From positions 48,841 to 112,840 of the forward strand of contig JASGUC010000057.1 of NCBI GenBank assembly GCA_030057915.1: a stretch of DNA of 64,000 nt, given 5' to 3'. Made by a program: the position numbers and the translations under genes. This document shows positions 53,041-62,300 of the stretch, in pieces. Numbering within the stretch: the first letter of the stretch is position 1; each line of letters opens with the position of its first letter. Below the pieces are notes generated by a model. It made no database searches and was not told the DNA's origin. It saw nothing but the letters and a program-made list of their open reading frames with translations. Source of the stretch: Pseudomonadota bacterium (lineage in GTDB: Bacteria; Desulfobacterota; Syntrophia; Syntrophales; UBA8958).

Positions 53041-53138
53041 CGCCCATGGCCCTGTTTGTCAACCCCGGAAGCCGCTGAACAAGTCCCGGGTCCAGGGCGG
53101 TGGAATTGCCCGGGCTGCCCTTTCGAAAACGGTCTTGA
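53041..53138. repeat. Degenerate B-like repeat remnant
   Basis: GCCCATGGCCCTGTTTGTCAACCCCGG resembles the B arm GCCCATGCCCTGTCGGGCCTGACCCGG. It ends in TTTCGAAAACGGTCTTGAC. Confidence 0.3.
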
Positions 53139-53163
53139 CAAATGAACCCAGCTTCTGTAAGTC
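53135..53163 (+). promoter_or_regulatory. Candidate sigma-70 promoter (TTGACA-N17-TAAGTC) facing a roughly 410-nt leader
   Basis: Motif match only. The -35 box is partly contributed by the repeat remnant. Confidence 0.3.
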
Positions 53164-53474
53164 TGGATACACAATTGTAAATCTGCCTTCCAACCAAATC
53201 GACCGCCGGGGGGCATCGGGCGTTTCGCATCCCGATTGTATTCCCGCCGGCGGTTATTGCCGTTCCCTCGACGATAGGCGTCGGCGCTTCATCGTCGAAG
53301 GATTGGATCCGTCAAGATCTTCAAGGCCCCGAAATCGGGGAATCATCCCGGGGGAGATCCCAAGCCCCGGAGGAAACGGGTGATCCGATGCGGCCCGACA
53401 AGGGGACAATGACCCGGCGCCAGACCGTGTCCCTGGGGCGCAAAAACAAGGAGGGAGGCCGTGCCGGACGCGGA

Positions 53475-53543
53475 GAGACCCGGGGTGTTCCGGATCCCGG
53501 TTTTGGCCGGGGTTGCGGGGCTTTATGGTTTTTCAAAGGTCAC
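53475..53543. repeat. Half-length (69-bp) B-type element
   Basis: GAGACC joined directly to the right arm GTTCCGGATCCCGGTTTTGGCCGGGG...GGTTTTTCAAAGGTCAC. Confidence 0.5.
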
Positions 53544-53573
53544 ACAGCATGTTTCATGAAAGGAGAGAGCGTC

Positions 53574-53786
53574 ATGGGAGAGGAAAAAAAGGCATGCCCC
53601 TTCTGTGGGAAAGAGGTTATCACCCTCTACACCTGCTCCGGTTGCAGCGGCGAGGTCTGCGAGGCCTGCCACCACCTCGAACTTGTCGGGTCGGGCTGCG
53701 GCACCGTCATCCCCCTTTATTACTGCCCGAAATGCGCCTTCGATGAGAAGGTGAATCCCAACGCCGGCCTCAAGGACGAATGGTAG
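53574..53786 (+). CDS. 70-aa cysteine-rich protein with four CxxC pairs (double zinc-ribbon-like)
   Basis: MGEEKKACPFCGKEVITLYTCSGCSGEVCEACHH...YYCPKCAFDEK. AGGAGA SD 8 nt upstream. Internal ATG of track ORF 53388-53786. Confidence 0.6.
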   Translation: MGEEKKACPFCGKEVITLYTCSGCSGEVCEACHHLELVGSGCGTVIPLYYCPKCAFDEKVNPNAGLKDEW

Positions 53787-53813
53787 GAATGGGCACGCCG
53801 TCCCCGCCCCGGC

Positions 53814-53852
53814 GGCCCGGCGTGGGAAGCGAATCTCCCGGGTCGCCGGGCC
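53814..53852. terminator. GC-rich hairpin between convergent genes (possible bidirectional terminator, no U tract)
   Basis: GGCCCGGCG ... CGCCGGGCC perfect 9-bp stem with an inner GGGA/TCCC pairing. Confidence 0.4.
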
Positions 53853-53886
53853 GCCGACGGCCTGGCGGCCCGGCTGACGTAGCTTC

Positions 53887-54198
53887 TCAGTAACGAGATC
53901 GGCCGCCGGGCCTGCCGCGGCCGCCGCCTCTGTCGCCGCCGCCGCTCCGGCGGTCCGCCCGGGGACGGGCCTCGTTCACGTTCAGGGCCCGGTCATGCAT
54001 CGTCTTGCCGTTCAAGCCGGCGATAGCGGCCAGGGCCTCTTCTTTTACGGGCATTTCCACGAAGCCGAATCCCTTCGACCGGCCGCTGAACTGGTCCGTG
54101 ATGATTGCCGCGGAGGCAACCTGCCCGAAGGCCGCGAAGGCCTGCTGCAGATCTTCCTCGGTGATGTTGTACGACAGATTCCCTACATAGATGTTCAT
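53887..54198 (-). CDS. RRM-type RNA-binding protein with Arg/Gly-rich tail
   Basis: MNIYVGNLSYNITEEDL (RNP-2) and KGFGFVEM (RNP-1). The C-terminus is RRSGGGDRGGGRGRPGGRSRY. Confidence 0.9.
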   Translation of the reverse strand: MNIYVGNLSYNITEEDLQQAFAAFGQVASAAIITDQFSGRSKGFGFVEMPVKEEALAAIAGLNGKTMHDRALNVNEARPRADRRSGGGDRGGGRGRPGGRSRY

Positions 54199-54262
54199 GA
54201 CGGCTCCTTCTCGAGGTTTGTATTATTGTGGCGCCAATGTTTCTTCCCGCCATCGCCGTGGC

Positions 54263-54395
54263 GAGTCCATTTCGATACCCAGTTGTGTCCTCCCCATGGT
54301 TCTTCCCGGGAAAGGGGGGAGCCAGTGTATTCAACTATTTTCCGGATGCCGGGTCAGGCCCGGCAAGGCATGGACGGCGGTTTTTCAAAGGTCTC
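54263..54395. mobile_element. 133-bp TIR-bounded mosaic element, subfamily B
   Basis: GAGTCCATTTCGATACCC...CCAGTGTATTCAACTATTTTCCGGATGCCGGGTCAGGCCCGGCAAGGCATGG...TTTTTCAAAGGTCTC. Confidence 0.7.
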
Positions 54396-54678
54396 ATGGC
54401 TGGCCTGACCGGTCTTCCCCTTCCCGGTCGGGAGGGAATCCCTCCGGGTCCGGGGCGTTCCCGGCGATGTCCCGCGGGTCCGCCGCCGGAGGATGGCCGT
54501 CGGTCGGCGGCGGTAGCTCCGTCGAAGAGGCCGGCCGGTGGCGGTCTGTTTCCTCCTGGTCACCTTCCGTGGCTCGGAGGCGCTTCTGATGACGCCGGGC
54601 CATCTTTTCATCGGCCTTGCGCTTACGTTCGATTTCCCGCTGCCGCTTGGCGAATTTTTCCTGACTCCTTCTTGCCAT
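54394..54678 (-). CDS. 94-aa protein with a basic helical N-terminus and an acidic/Pro-rich tail; unknown function
   Basis: MARRSQEKFAKRQREIERKRKADEK...; AGGAGGGGG SD directly upstream of ATG 54678. The stop codon overlaps the repeat terminus by 2 nt. The track ORF extends to 54831. Confidence 0.5.
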   Translation of the reverse strand: MARRSQEKFAKRQREIERKRKADEKMARRHQKRLRATEGDQEETDRHRPASSTELPPPTDGHPPAADPRDIAGNAPDPEGFPPDREGEDRSGQP

Positions 54679-54818
54679 GCCCCCTCCTGTCAAGGAACGG
54701 TCCGAAAAAAAACCCAGCAGCCTTTTTATGGGCTCTGGGTGATGCGGCCAAAACCGAAACAAAAAAACTGAAAGACCTATAAGCCCTTGCGCCGCTCGTG
54801 TCAAGTCATATCTTTTGT

Positions 54819-54952
54819 GAGGCCTTTGCAAAACCCCGTTGCGTCCTCCCCCTGGGCCTTCCCGAAAAAGTGGGGAAACCAGTGTCTTCGACTATTTTCT
54901 GGATGCCGGGTCCAGCCAGGGAGGGCATGGGCGGCAGTTTTTCAAAGGTCTC
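54819..54952. mobile_element. 134-bp TIR-bounded mosaic element, subfamily B (reference intact copy)
   Basis: GAGGCCTTTGCAAAAC ... GTTTTTCAAAGGTCTC; central GTGTC-TTCGA at 54882-54891. Confidence 0.75.
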
Positions 54953-55002
54953 TTCCCGGGGATGACGGAAGGGGGTTGGTGAGGCAATTGTTCAAGGGTC
55001 TC
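54953..55002. repeat. Half-unit (right-arm type)
   Basis: TTCCCGGGGATGACGGAAGGGGG...TTGTTCAAGGGTCTC; near-identical core to 25570-25604. Confidence 0.5.
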
Positions 55003-55035
55003 GCCCTATCGATATTTCCACGGAATGTCAAGGGG

Positions 55036-56286
55036 ATGCGCGTAAGAGGACTTCCCGGGGTGCCGGAGGGTGAGCCGTCCCCGGCGGCGGGGCGGTCCTG
55101 GCGTCGGGTACTCCGGATGGCCCTGCCCCTTTTGCTCTTAGGCCTGTCCGGATGCGTGGCCCTCCCGGCCGTCTCGGACGTCGGCAGCCGGCCCGGCGAC
55201 CGGCAACCGGAGGCATGGCAGTGTCGTCCTGCCTTTCCCGACCGGGACGGATGGTATGGCGGGGATGGGGCCTATTCCATCCGGTTGGACGACCGGCGGA
55301 CGCTGTGGCTTTTCGGCGACAGTTTTGCGTCCGAGGAGGAGGGCCGGCGGGACCGCATTGGCATGACGGTGGTCCTGGGCACGACGGTGGCCGTCTCGAC
55401 CTGTGTGGCGGAGGATTTCCGGATCCGCTACCGGTTGAAGAAGAAGGACGGCCGGTTCGTCTCCTCCTTCGGGGCCGACGGGGAATGGCTCTGGCCCCAG
55501 GATCCCTTCCTGGCGGAGGGGAGGCTCTATATCCCCCTCGTCGCCGTCCGGGCCGCGCCGGAGCGGGAAGGGCCCTTCAAGTTCGCTGTCGTCGGGCACA
55601 AGCTGGCCCGAATCGACGACTTTACCGCGGAGGACCCGAACCGCTGGGTTGTGGAATACCTGGACCTGACTCCGGACATCCCGCGGGAGATCCAGGCGTT
55701 CGCCACGACTTCCGTCGTGCACTGGGGGCACGTTTACTTCTACCCCCTCTACAGCGCGATCGGAGCGGAAGGGGCGGTCCTGGGTAACATCCTGGCGCGG
55801 ATTCCCCTGGATCGCCTCGCCGCCCCGGCCCGGTCCATCCAGTACCTCCACCGCGACGGCCGGTGGGACGCCGAGCCGGATCGTCGGCGGTTGAAGGTGG
55901 TTCTGGATGCCGCGGTTTCGGAACTGAGCGTGCGCTACCACCCCGAGCGGGGGGAGTGGGTAGCCGTGCACATGTCTCTGGAGAACAATGGCGACCGGCT
56001 GTTGTATCGTACGGCGCCTGCCCTGGAGGGTCCATGGTCGGCGGCGAGGGCGCTGGTCGGAACCATCCCGGAGGTTGCCCGACACAGTACCCGTTACGAC
56101 GAAAACAACTTCTGCTATGCCGGCAAGGAACATCGGGAGTTTTCCCGGGGCAAGGATATGGTTGTCACTTATGTGTGCAATTCATACGAGGATTTTGAAA
56201 AGGAGAGGAGTTTCATCCGCCGCAATCTCTTCCTCTACCGTCCGGTGGTGGTCGTCGTTCCCGCCCTGCCGTCGTCTCCGCCATAA
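55036..56286 (+). CDS. Putative lipoprotein, DUF4185-like beta-propeller domain
   Basis: Lipobox LLLGLSGC. The GGDGAYSIRLDDRRTLWLFGDSF motif resembles the DUF4185 / sialidase-like family (recalled similarity). The start is ATG 55036 or 55117; the track ORF upstream part runs through repeats. Confidence 0.55.
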   Translation: MRVRGLPGVPEGEPSPAAGRSWRRVLRMALPLLLLGLSGCVALPAVSDVGSRPGDRQPEAWQCRPAFPDRDGWYGGDGAYSIRLDDRRTLWLFGDSFASEEEGRRDRIGMTVVLGTTVAVSTCVAEDFRIRYRLKKKDGRFVSSFGADGEWLWPQDPFLAEGRLYIPLVAVRAAPEREGPFKFAVVGHKLARIDDFTAEDPNRWVVEYLDLTPDIPREIQAFATTSVVHWGHVYFYPLYSAIGAEGAVLGNILARIPLDRLAAPARSIQYLHRDGRWDAEPDRRRLKVVLDAAVSELSVRYHPERGEWVAVHMSLENNGDRLLYRTAPALEGPWSAARALVGTIPEVARHSTRYDENNFCYAGKEHREFSRGKDMVVTYVCNSYEDFEKERSFIRRNLFLYRPVVVVVPALPSSPP

Positions 56287-56333
56287 ATCCCGGCCTTCTC
56301 TCCCGGCCGCCCATCCCTCGGCAGGTCTCCCCC

Positions 56334-56744
56334 TCACTCCCCGTCCGGATCCATCCTGCTCCGGGCCGCCTTTTTTTCCGCCTGGCGGCGCTTGTCCTGG
56401 AGGATCTTTTCCTTGGCCCGTCGGGAGCGTTTGCGTTTCTGGCGGCGGATCTTTTCTCGACGGGCCTTTTCCGCCGCCGCCAGCCCTTTCCGGAGGCGCT
56501 CGATCCGGTCTAGAAGGAGGCGCCGGGCCAGGAAACGATTCAGGGCCTGGGACCTCTCCTGCTGGCATTTGACGGCGAGGCCCGTGGGCACATGGACGAG
56601 GTGGACGCAGGTGGCGGTCTTGTTGACCTTCTGGCCGCCGGGTCCCGAGGAGCGGACGAAGGTCTCCCGCAAGTCGTCCTCCGCGATCCCCAGGGCCGCC
56701 ATGCGGGCGGCCAGGGCCGCTTCCTTTTCCGGGGAAACGCTCAT
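56334..56744 (-). CDS. Peptidyl-tRNA hydrolase of the RF-1 domain family (ArfB/ICT1-like ribosome rescue factor)
   Basis: GGQ motif in SSGPGGQKVNKTATCVHL. Long Lys/Arg-rich C-terminal tail. 136 aa. Confidence 0.8.
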   Translation of the reverse strand: MSVSPEKEAALAARMAALGIAEDDLRETFVRSSGPGGQKVNKTATCVHLVHVPTGLAVKCQQERSQALNRFLARRLLLDRIERLRKGLAAAEKARREKIRRQKRKRSRRAKEKILQDKRRQAEKKAARSRMDPDGE

Positions 56745-56905
56745 ATGGGCCGGTTTACGAGTCAGTCTGGGGCATTGCCTGCGTGCCTATCGCATTTACG
56801 TCATCCCGCCCGGCGGCGCGGAAGGGGGAATCGCCGCCGTCGTTTCTTCCCATGAAAAATCCCGTGACCATTTGGGTGTTGTCATCCTTCGCCCGCGCCT
56901 GTCCC

Positions 56906-57253
56906 GAGGCCTTTGCGAAACCCCGTCGCGTCCTCCCCATGGCCCTTCCCGGGTAAGTGGGAAACCAGTGTCTTCAACCCAAATTTTCCATCAGGAGGTT
57001 TCCGCCCTCTCTAGGCGACGCCGCAGATGGCGGCGGCAAGGATTTCCGGATGCTGTCTCAAGGAAACCATCAGAAATTCTTTATCGATTTCATTATGTCT
57101 CCTTCGCCATGCGACCCGTTGGCCCATGACCCAGGGGCGTCGCGCCATGAATCATGGACCCGTGAACCATCCAATAGAAAATTTGGGTTCAAATATTCTC
57201 TGGATGCCGGGTCATGCCCGAGAGGGCATGGGCGGCGGTTTTTCAAGGGCCTC
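56906..57253. mobile_element. Subfamily B element split by a 210-bp insertion of a different TIR family; reconstitutes to 133 bp
   Basis: 56906-56977 and 57193-57253 align with 54819-54952. TTCAA is duplicated at 56973-56977 and 57188-57192. Confidence 0.75.
56978..57187. mobile_element. 210-bp MITE-like element, second family (TIR CCCAAATTTTC / GAAAATTTGGG), 5-bp duplication TTCAA
   Basis: Perfect 11-bp terminal inverted repeat that extends imperfectly to about 25 bp. Lower GC than its surroundings. No long ORF. Confidence 0.75.
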
Positions 57254-57306
57254 GCCCCAGGCACGGGGGTTGGTTGCAAAAGATGTCCGGGAGGGGCCAG
57301 ACGCGA

Positions 57307-57756
57307 TCAGAGGGAGTATATCTCGTCACCGACGAAGTTTACCCAGTGCTGGCTCAGGATCTCCACGGCCCGTTCGATGCGGTCGCAGCCGATGATTATG
57401 ATCGTTTCCTTGCCGAGGCGTTCGATGGTGGTATAGATGTAGTGGATGTTCACGTCGCCTTCCGCCAGGGGCTTGACGATGGCGTTCATGCCCCCGGGAT
57501 GGCAGGGCGCCTCCACGGCGATGACGGGATCCACCTGAATATTGAAATTGAAGCTCTCCAGGATGGTGACGGCCTTCTGGGGATCGTTGACCACGACGCG
57601 GACGGTGGAATGTTCCTCGGTGCTGGCCGCGGATATGGCCTTGACCTTGATGTCCTCCTTGTCCAGGATGTCCACCAGTTTGGTCAAGGCCCCCGGAACG
57701 TTGTCCAGCCTTACGGAAACCTGTTGAATAGCCATGGCTTGAAGCGTCTCCTTCAT
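57307..57756 (-). CDS. ACT-domain protein
   Basis: 149 aa with two ACT-like beta-alpha-beta-beta-alpha-beta repeats (VSVRLDNVPGALTKLVDIL; ...VEAPCHPGGMNAIVKPL). Last gene of the oxidoreductase operon. Confidence 0.75.
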   Translation of the reverse strand: MKETLQAMAIQQVSVRLDNVPGALTKLVDILDKEDIKVKAISAASTEEHSTVRVVVNDPQKAVTILESFNFNIQVDPVIAVEAPCHPGGMNAIVKPLAEGDVNIHYIYTTIERLGKETIIIIGCDRIERAVEILSQHWVNFVGDEIYSL

Positions 57757-58289
57757 GTCTGCAATTCGTAGCCTGCGGCGAAGGCCTTGCGATTGATCTC
57801 CATGGCCGCCTTTTTTCTCTCCCCCAGGATGTGCTTGAGACCCTTGAGAAACGCCTCAGGGGGGAGGAGGCCCGTTTTCCTGATGAAGGCCCCCATCATG
57901 ACGATGTTGAGCACCTGGGGATTGCCCAGTCGCTCCGCCAGGTCCCCCACGGGAACGGCATGGATCTGGACGTCCTTCCGGGTCGGCCGGGCGTCGATGA
58001 TGGAGGAGTTGAGAAAGATGTCCCCGCCCGGGGCGACGCGGTTCTGGAAGGTGAAAAGGGACGGCTTGTTCATTACCACCAGGTGATCCGGTTCCGAGGC
58101 GATAGGGGAGGCGATCTCTTCGTCCGACACGGCCACGGTGCAGTTGGCCGTGCCGCCCCGCACCTCGACGCCGTAGGAAGGCAGGTAGGTTACGTGGAAG
58201 CCCTCGTTCATTGCCGCATGGGCGTAAATGTAGCCCATCATCAGAACTCCCTGGCCTCCGAAACCGGCGAAGATGGTCTTCTTGATCAT
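57753..58289 (-). CDS. 2-oxoacid:ferredoxin oxidoreductase, gamma subunit
   Basis: MIKKTIFAGFGGQGVLMMG... typical POR/KOR gamma N-terminus. ATGA overlap with the beta subunit. The track ORF extends to 58454. Confidence 0.88.
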   Translation of the reverse strand: MIKKTIFAGFGGQGVLMMGYIYAHAAMNEGFHVTYLPSYGVEVRGGTANCTVAVSDEEIASPIASEPDHLVVMNKPSLFTFQNRVAPGGDIFLNSSIIDARPTRKDVQIHAVPVGDLAERLGNPQVLNIVMMGAFIRKTGLLPPEAFLKGLKHILGERKKAAMEINRKAFAAGYELQT

Positions 58290-59041
58290 GATGTCGGCGC
58301 CTGCGCTTTCAAGTCCTTGATGACCCCTAAGGGGAACTCCTTCGCCATCGTTTCCGTAACCCACCGACAGGCGTTCACGGGGGTCATCTTCCAGTTGGTC
58401 GGGCACTGGGAGAGGATCTCGACGAGAGAGAACCCGGCGCCGTCCATCTGGCACTTAAAGGCCTTCTTGATCGCCCTTTTGGCCCTTGTGATATTGGCCG
58501 GGCTGTTGACGGCGCAGCGCTCGATATATCGGGTTCCGGGGAGCTGGCCAAGGATCTCACTCAAATGGATCGGATGTCCGTCCAGGAGGGCCGAGCGGCC
58601 CGGCGGCGTGGTGGTGGAGACCTGCCCCAGGAGGGTCGTGGGGGCCATTTGGCCGCCCGTCATGCCGTAAACGGCATTGTTGATGAAGATCACGGTGATG
58701 TTTTCGCCGCGGTTGGCGGCGTGCATGGTTTCCGCCGTGCCGATGGCCGCCAGATCGCCGTCGCCCTGATAGGAGAAGATGATCCGGTCGGGAAGGACGC
58801 GCTTCATCCCCGTGGCGACGGCGCAGCCCCGGCCGTGGGGGGCCTCGAGCATATCGACGTCGAAGTAGTTGTAAGCGATGACGGCACAGCCCGCCGGGGG
58901 GATGCCGATGGCCCGGTCCTGGATGCCCAATTCGTCGATGGCCTCGGCGATGAGGCGGTGGGTGATGCTGTGGCCGCAGCCGGCGCAGTAGTGAAATGCG
59001 GCTTTCTTCAGAGATTTCGGGCGGCTGAATATATTCTTCAT
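58286..59041 (-). CDS. 2-oxoacid:ferredoxin oxidoreductase, beta subunit (TPP-binding)
   Basis: CAGCGHS..., GDGD...GTAE and NNAVYGMTGGQ thiamine-diphosphate motifs; 251 aa. Confidence 0.9.
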   Translation of the reverse strand: MKNIFSRPKSLKKAAFHYCAGCGHSITHRLIAEAIDELGIQDRAIGIPPAGCAVIAYNYFDVDMLEAPHGRGCAVATGMKRVLPDRIIFSYQGDGDLAAIGTAETMHAANRGENITVIFINNAVYGMTGGQMAPTTLLGQVSTTTPPGRSALLDGHPIHLSEILGQLPGTRYIERCAVNSPANITRAKRAIKKAFKCQMDGAGFSLVEILSQCPTNWKMTPVNACRWVTETMAKEFPLGVIKDLKAQAPTS

Positions 59042-59042
59042 G

Positions 59043-60090
<1,048 letters not shown>

Positions 60091-60098
<8 letters not shown>

Positions 60099-60300
60099 GG
60101 TACACCTCTATGGCGACTTCGGGACATACCACGGCACAGAGGGCGCAGCCGTTGCAGTCGGCGTCTTCCTTCAACTCGATGGGATGGAAACCCTTGGAAT
60201 TCAGTTCCGCGGCGGGGCGGAGGTTTTGATTTTTACAGACCGTCGTGCACAGGAGGCATTCCTTGCAGAATTCCCCGTCGATTTTTATCGTTCCCTTCAA
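60091..60300 (-). CDS. 2-oxoacid:ferredoxin oxidoreductase, delta subunit (2x[4Fe-4S] ferredoxin)
   Basis: 69 aa with CKECLLCTTVC and CNGCALCAVVCP cluster motifs. Confidence 0.88.
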
Positions 60301-60393
60301 GGGCCATTGTCTCGCTTGTCGATTGATTTTGGACGATACGGCCCAAGCTTCTTACCCAAATCCCGACCAATGTCAAGCTTAAATTTGCGGAAA

Positions 60394-60897
60394 TCAAAGC
60401 CTGGCCACGCGAAACCCCTCCAATTTGATCGCCACGGAGCGCTGCATCAGTTCGATGGTGACGACAAACAGCTCCTTTTCCATGTCGGCCTCCACCACGA
60501 GCCCCTCGATCCCCTGGAAGGGGCCATCGATGATCTTGGCGTACTCTCCCACCTTGGGGTACTGAAACTGCTGGACCTCCACCCGGGAAGCGACGATGCG
60601 CATGATGGCGTCGATCTTGGCGTCGGGGATCGGGATGGGCTCCGACCCGTAGGGCTTTCCCAGGATGCGCACCACGCCGAAGGTCTTGAGGATTTCCACC
60701 TTCGTTTCATTGTCGATGTCCTCCACGGCCACGAAGAGGTAGCCTGGAAACATGGGTACCATGATCTTTTTGCGGCGGTCCTTCCGTTTGCTCCAGACCT
60801 CGATCTTGGGGAGGAAGGTCTGGAAGGACTTCTGCGTCAGTCCCAAATATGCCCGGTCTTCGTGACGACTTCTCGTATGGATGGCATACCACGCCAT
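60394..60897 (-). CDS. Specialised NusG paralog (NGN + KOW; UpxY/LoaP/RfaH-like transcription antiterminator)
   Basis: MAWYAIHTRSRHEDRA...MVPMFPGYLFV (NGN) and KVGEYAKIIDGPFQGIEGLV (KOW). GAGGGTG SD before ATG 60897. It is not the housekeeping nusG, which sits with secE-rplK elsewhere. Confidence 0.85.
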   Translation of the reverse strand: MAWYAIHTRSRHEDRAYLGLTQKSFQTFLPKIEVWSKRKDRRKKIMVPMFPGYLFVAVEDIDNETKVEILKTFGVVRILGKPYGSEPIPIPDAKIDAIMRIVASRVEVQQFQYPKVGEYAKIIDGPFQGIEGLVVEADMEKELFVVTIELMQRSVAIKLEGFRVARL

Positions 60898-60914
60898 AAA
60901 CCGCACCCTCTTTC

Positions 60915-61121
60915 AAGACTTTTGAAAAACTACCCTTTCCTGTCGCCCCGGCAAAAGGCCGGGGTCCGGGACATCGGGCAGGCACAGGGGCCTGCTATAC
61001 ATCGGGCAGGCACAGGGGCCTGCTATACATCGGGCAGGCACAGGGGCCTGCCCCTACACAATCTTCCGGCTTCGGTCGGAGCGACGACGGAGAGTGCCAA
61101 GCGGCGTTTTTCAAAGCTCTC
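60915..61121. mobile_element. 207-bp subfamily D element carrying three tandem 28-bp hairpin units
   Basis: AAGACTTTTGAAAA ... TTTTTCAAAGCTCTC. The interior has CCCCGGC-AAAAG-GCCGGGG, then 3 copies of CATCGGGCAGGCACAGGGGCCTGCTATA. Confidence 0.7.
60972..61055. repeat. Tandem array, 3 x 28 bp, each unit a GGGCAGGC-ACAGGG-GCCTGCYC hairpin
   Basis: Units at 60972, 61000 and 61028. The first two are identical; the third differs at its end. Confidence 0.85.
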
Positions 61122-61178
61122 CTCAATTGGGGTCGTCGCCTCCCCGTCGCGGCGGCTCTGCCGCGGCGGCGGGACGGC

Positions 61179-62195
61179 TCAGTAACAGTAGGGCGAGGGA
61201 AGGTCCTTCACCGTGATCAGCCCCGGCTTGGCGTCCAGCACCGCCGGAATGGAGTTTACCAGCACCGCCGCCGTGGCCTGATCGCCGGCGACGCCGCCCT
61301 CGATCGTCAAGCTGATGTCCGGAGTGCCCACGATCCTAATCGCGTCGTGAGGGTCGGGGGCCCCCACATACATCCGGAGTTCCAGGGTCAGGAACTCCTT
61401 TCCGTCCTTGATCCCCTTGGCGAGGTGTTCGATCCCCGCCACGTCACCCGGCTTGATCTCGAAATAGTCCGTCCGGATGGGATGCGTGGCGATTACCGGG
61501 GCCACCGATTCCTCCACGAGGTCCACGGACCGGCCGAGTTTGTCGATGATCAGGTGGAGGGATTCCCGGAGCCCCACATGGCCCAGGGCCTTTTTGTCTA
61601 TCTCCCGCTGGAACCCCTCCACGGTCATGCCCGCGCCGATCTTCCTCTGTAGGGCGTAGCGCCGGGTGGCGGCGTCCACGACGCGACGGACGTGGATCTC
61701 CCGCACTTCCTGGCAGACGCCAGTGAGAAACAGCGGCAGGGCGTCCATGACGAAGCCCGGGTTGACCCCCGTCCCCAGGACGGTGACCCGTTTTTCCGTA
61801 GCCAGGAGATGGATCCGCTCCGCCAGGATCGCGTTTTCCGCCGAGGGGAAGAGCAGCTCTTCACTGGCGGAGACGATATTGATCCGGTTTTCGAGGATAT
61901 CCTCGAACTGCTGGTAGATGGATGGAATCCGTGAACTGGTGGTGTGAATCGCCACGTCGGCCTTGATATCGGCCAGGAGTTCCCGGGGCCGGTCGCTGAC
62001 CTTCACCCCTAGCGGCGCCGGCAGCTTCAGCAACTCCCCCAGATCCTTTCCCGCCAGACGCGGGTTGGTATCCACGGCGCCGACGATGGCCAGCGTCTCC
62101 TTCTTGAGAATGGCCCGGACCGTTTCCAGGCCGATATATCCCAAACCGTACTGAACGACCCGAATCTTTCTCTTCTTCGTAAAAGCCTTCTGCAT
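61179..62195 (-). CDS. NAD(P)-dependent amine dehydrogenase family protein (DapB-like N-terminus; 2,4-diaminopentanoate dehydrogenase-like)
   Basis: KIRVVQYGLGYIGLETVR Rossmann start and ...VTVLGTGVNPGF. 338 aa from ATG 62195. The track ORF's upstream 68 codons run through a repeat. Confidence 0.7.
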   Translation of the reverse strand: MQKAFTKKRKIRVVQYGLGYIGLETVRAILKKETLAIVGAVDTNPRLAGKDLGELLKLPAPLGVKVSDRPRELLADIKADVAIHTTSSRIPSIYQQFEDILENRINIVSASEELLFPSAENAILAERIHLLATEKRVTVLGTGVNPGFVMDALPLFLTGVCQEVREIHVRRVVDAATRRYALQRKIGAGMTVEGFQREIDKKALGHVGLRESLHLIIDKLGRSVDLVEESVAPVIATHPIRTDYFEIKPGDVAGIEHLAKGIKDGKEFLTLELRMYVGAPDPHDAIRIVGTPDISLTIEGGVAGDQATAAVLVNSIPAVLDAKPGLITVKDLPSPYCY

Positions 62196-62300
62196 ATTCC
62201 CATCATCCCCTGTTTTCCGAAAAAAGCGCATCCCCGGCGCCCTGAAGGCCGCGAGTTCCTCTCTCATCGGCGCGGTGGAATGTCTTGGCGCCCCTGCCTC

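Noticed and set aside
53027-53383. 118-aa + strand ORF in the long leader region.
   Set aside because: It starts inside a repeat remnant, has no SD and a composition atypical of neighbouring genes. The region is better treated as non-coding leader.
60972-61055. Possible CRISPR array, suggested by repeated 28-bp palindromic units (also at 62358-62413).
   Set aside because: The units are directly abutting with no spacers. There are only 2-3 copies, no cas genes, and the units are embedded in a TIR-bounded element.
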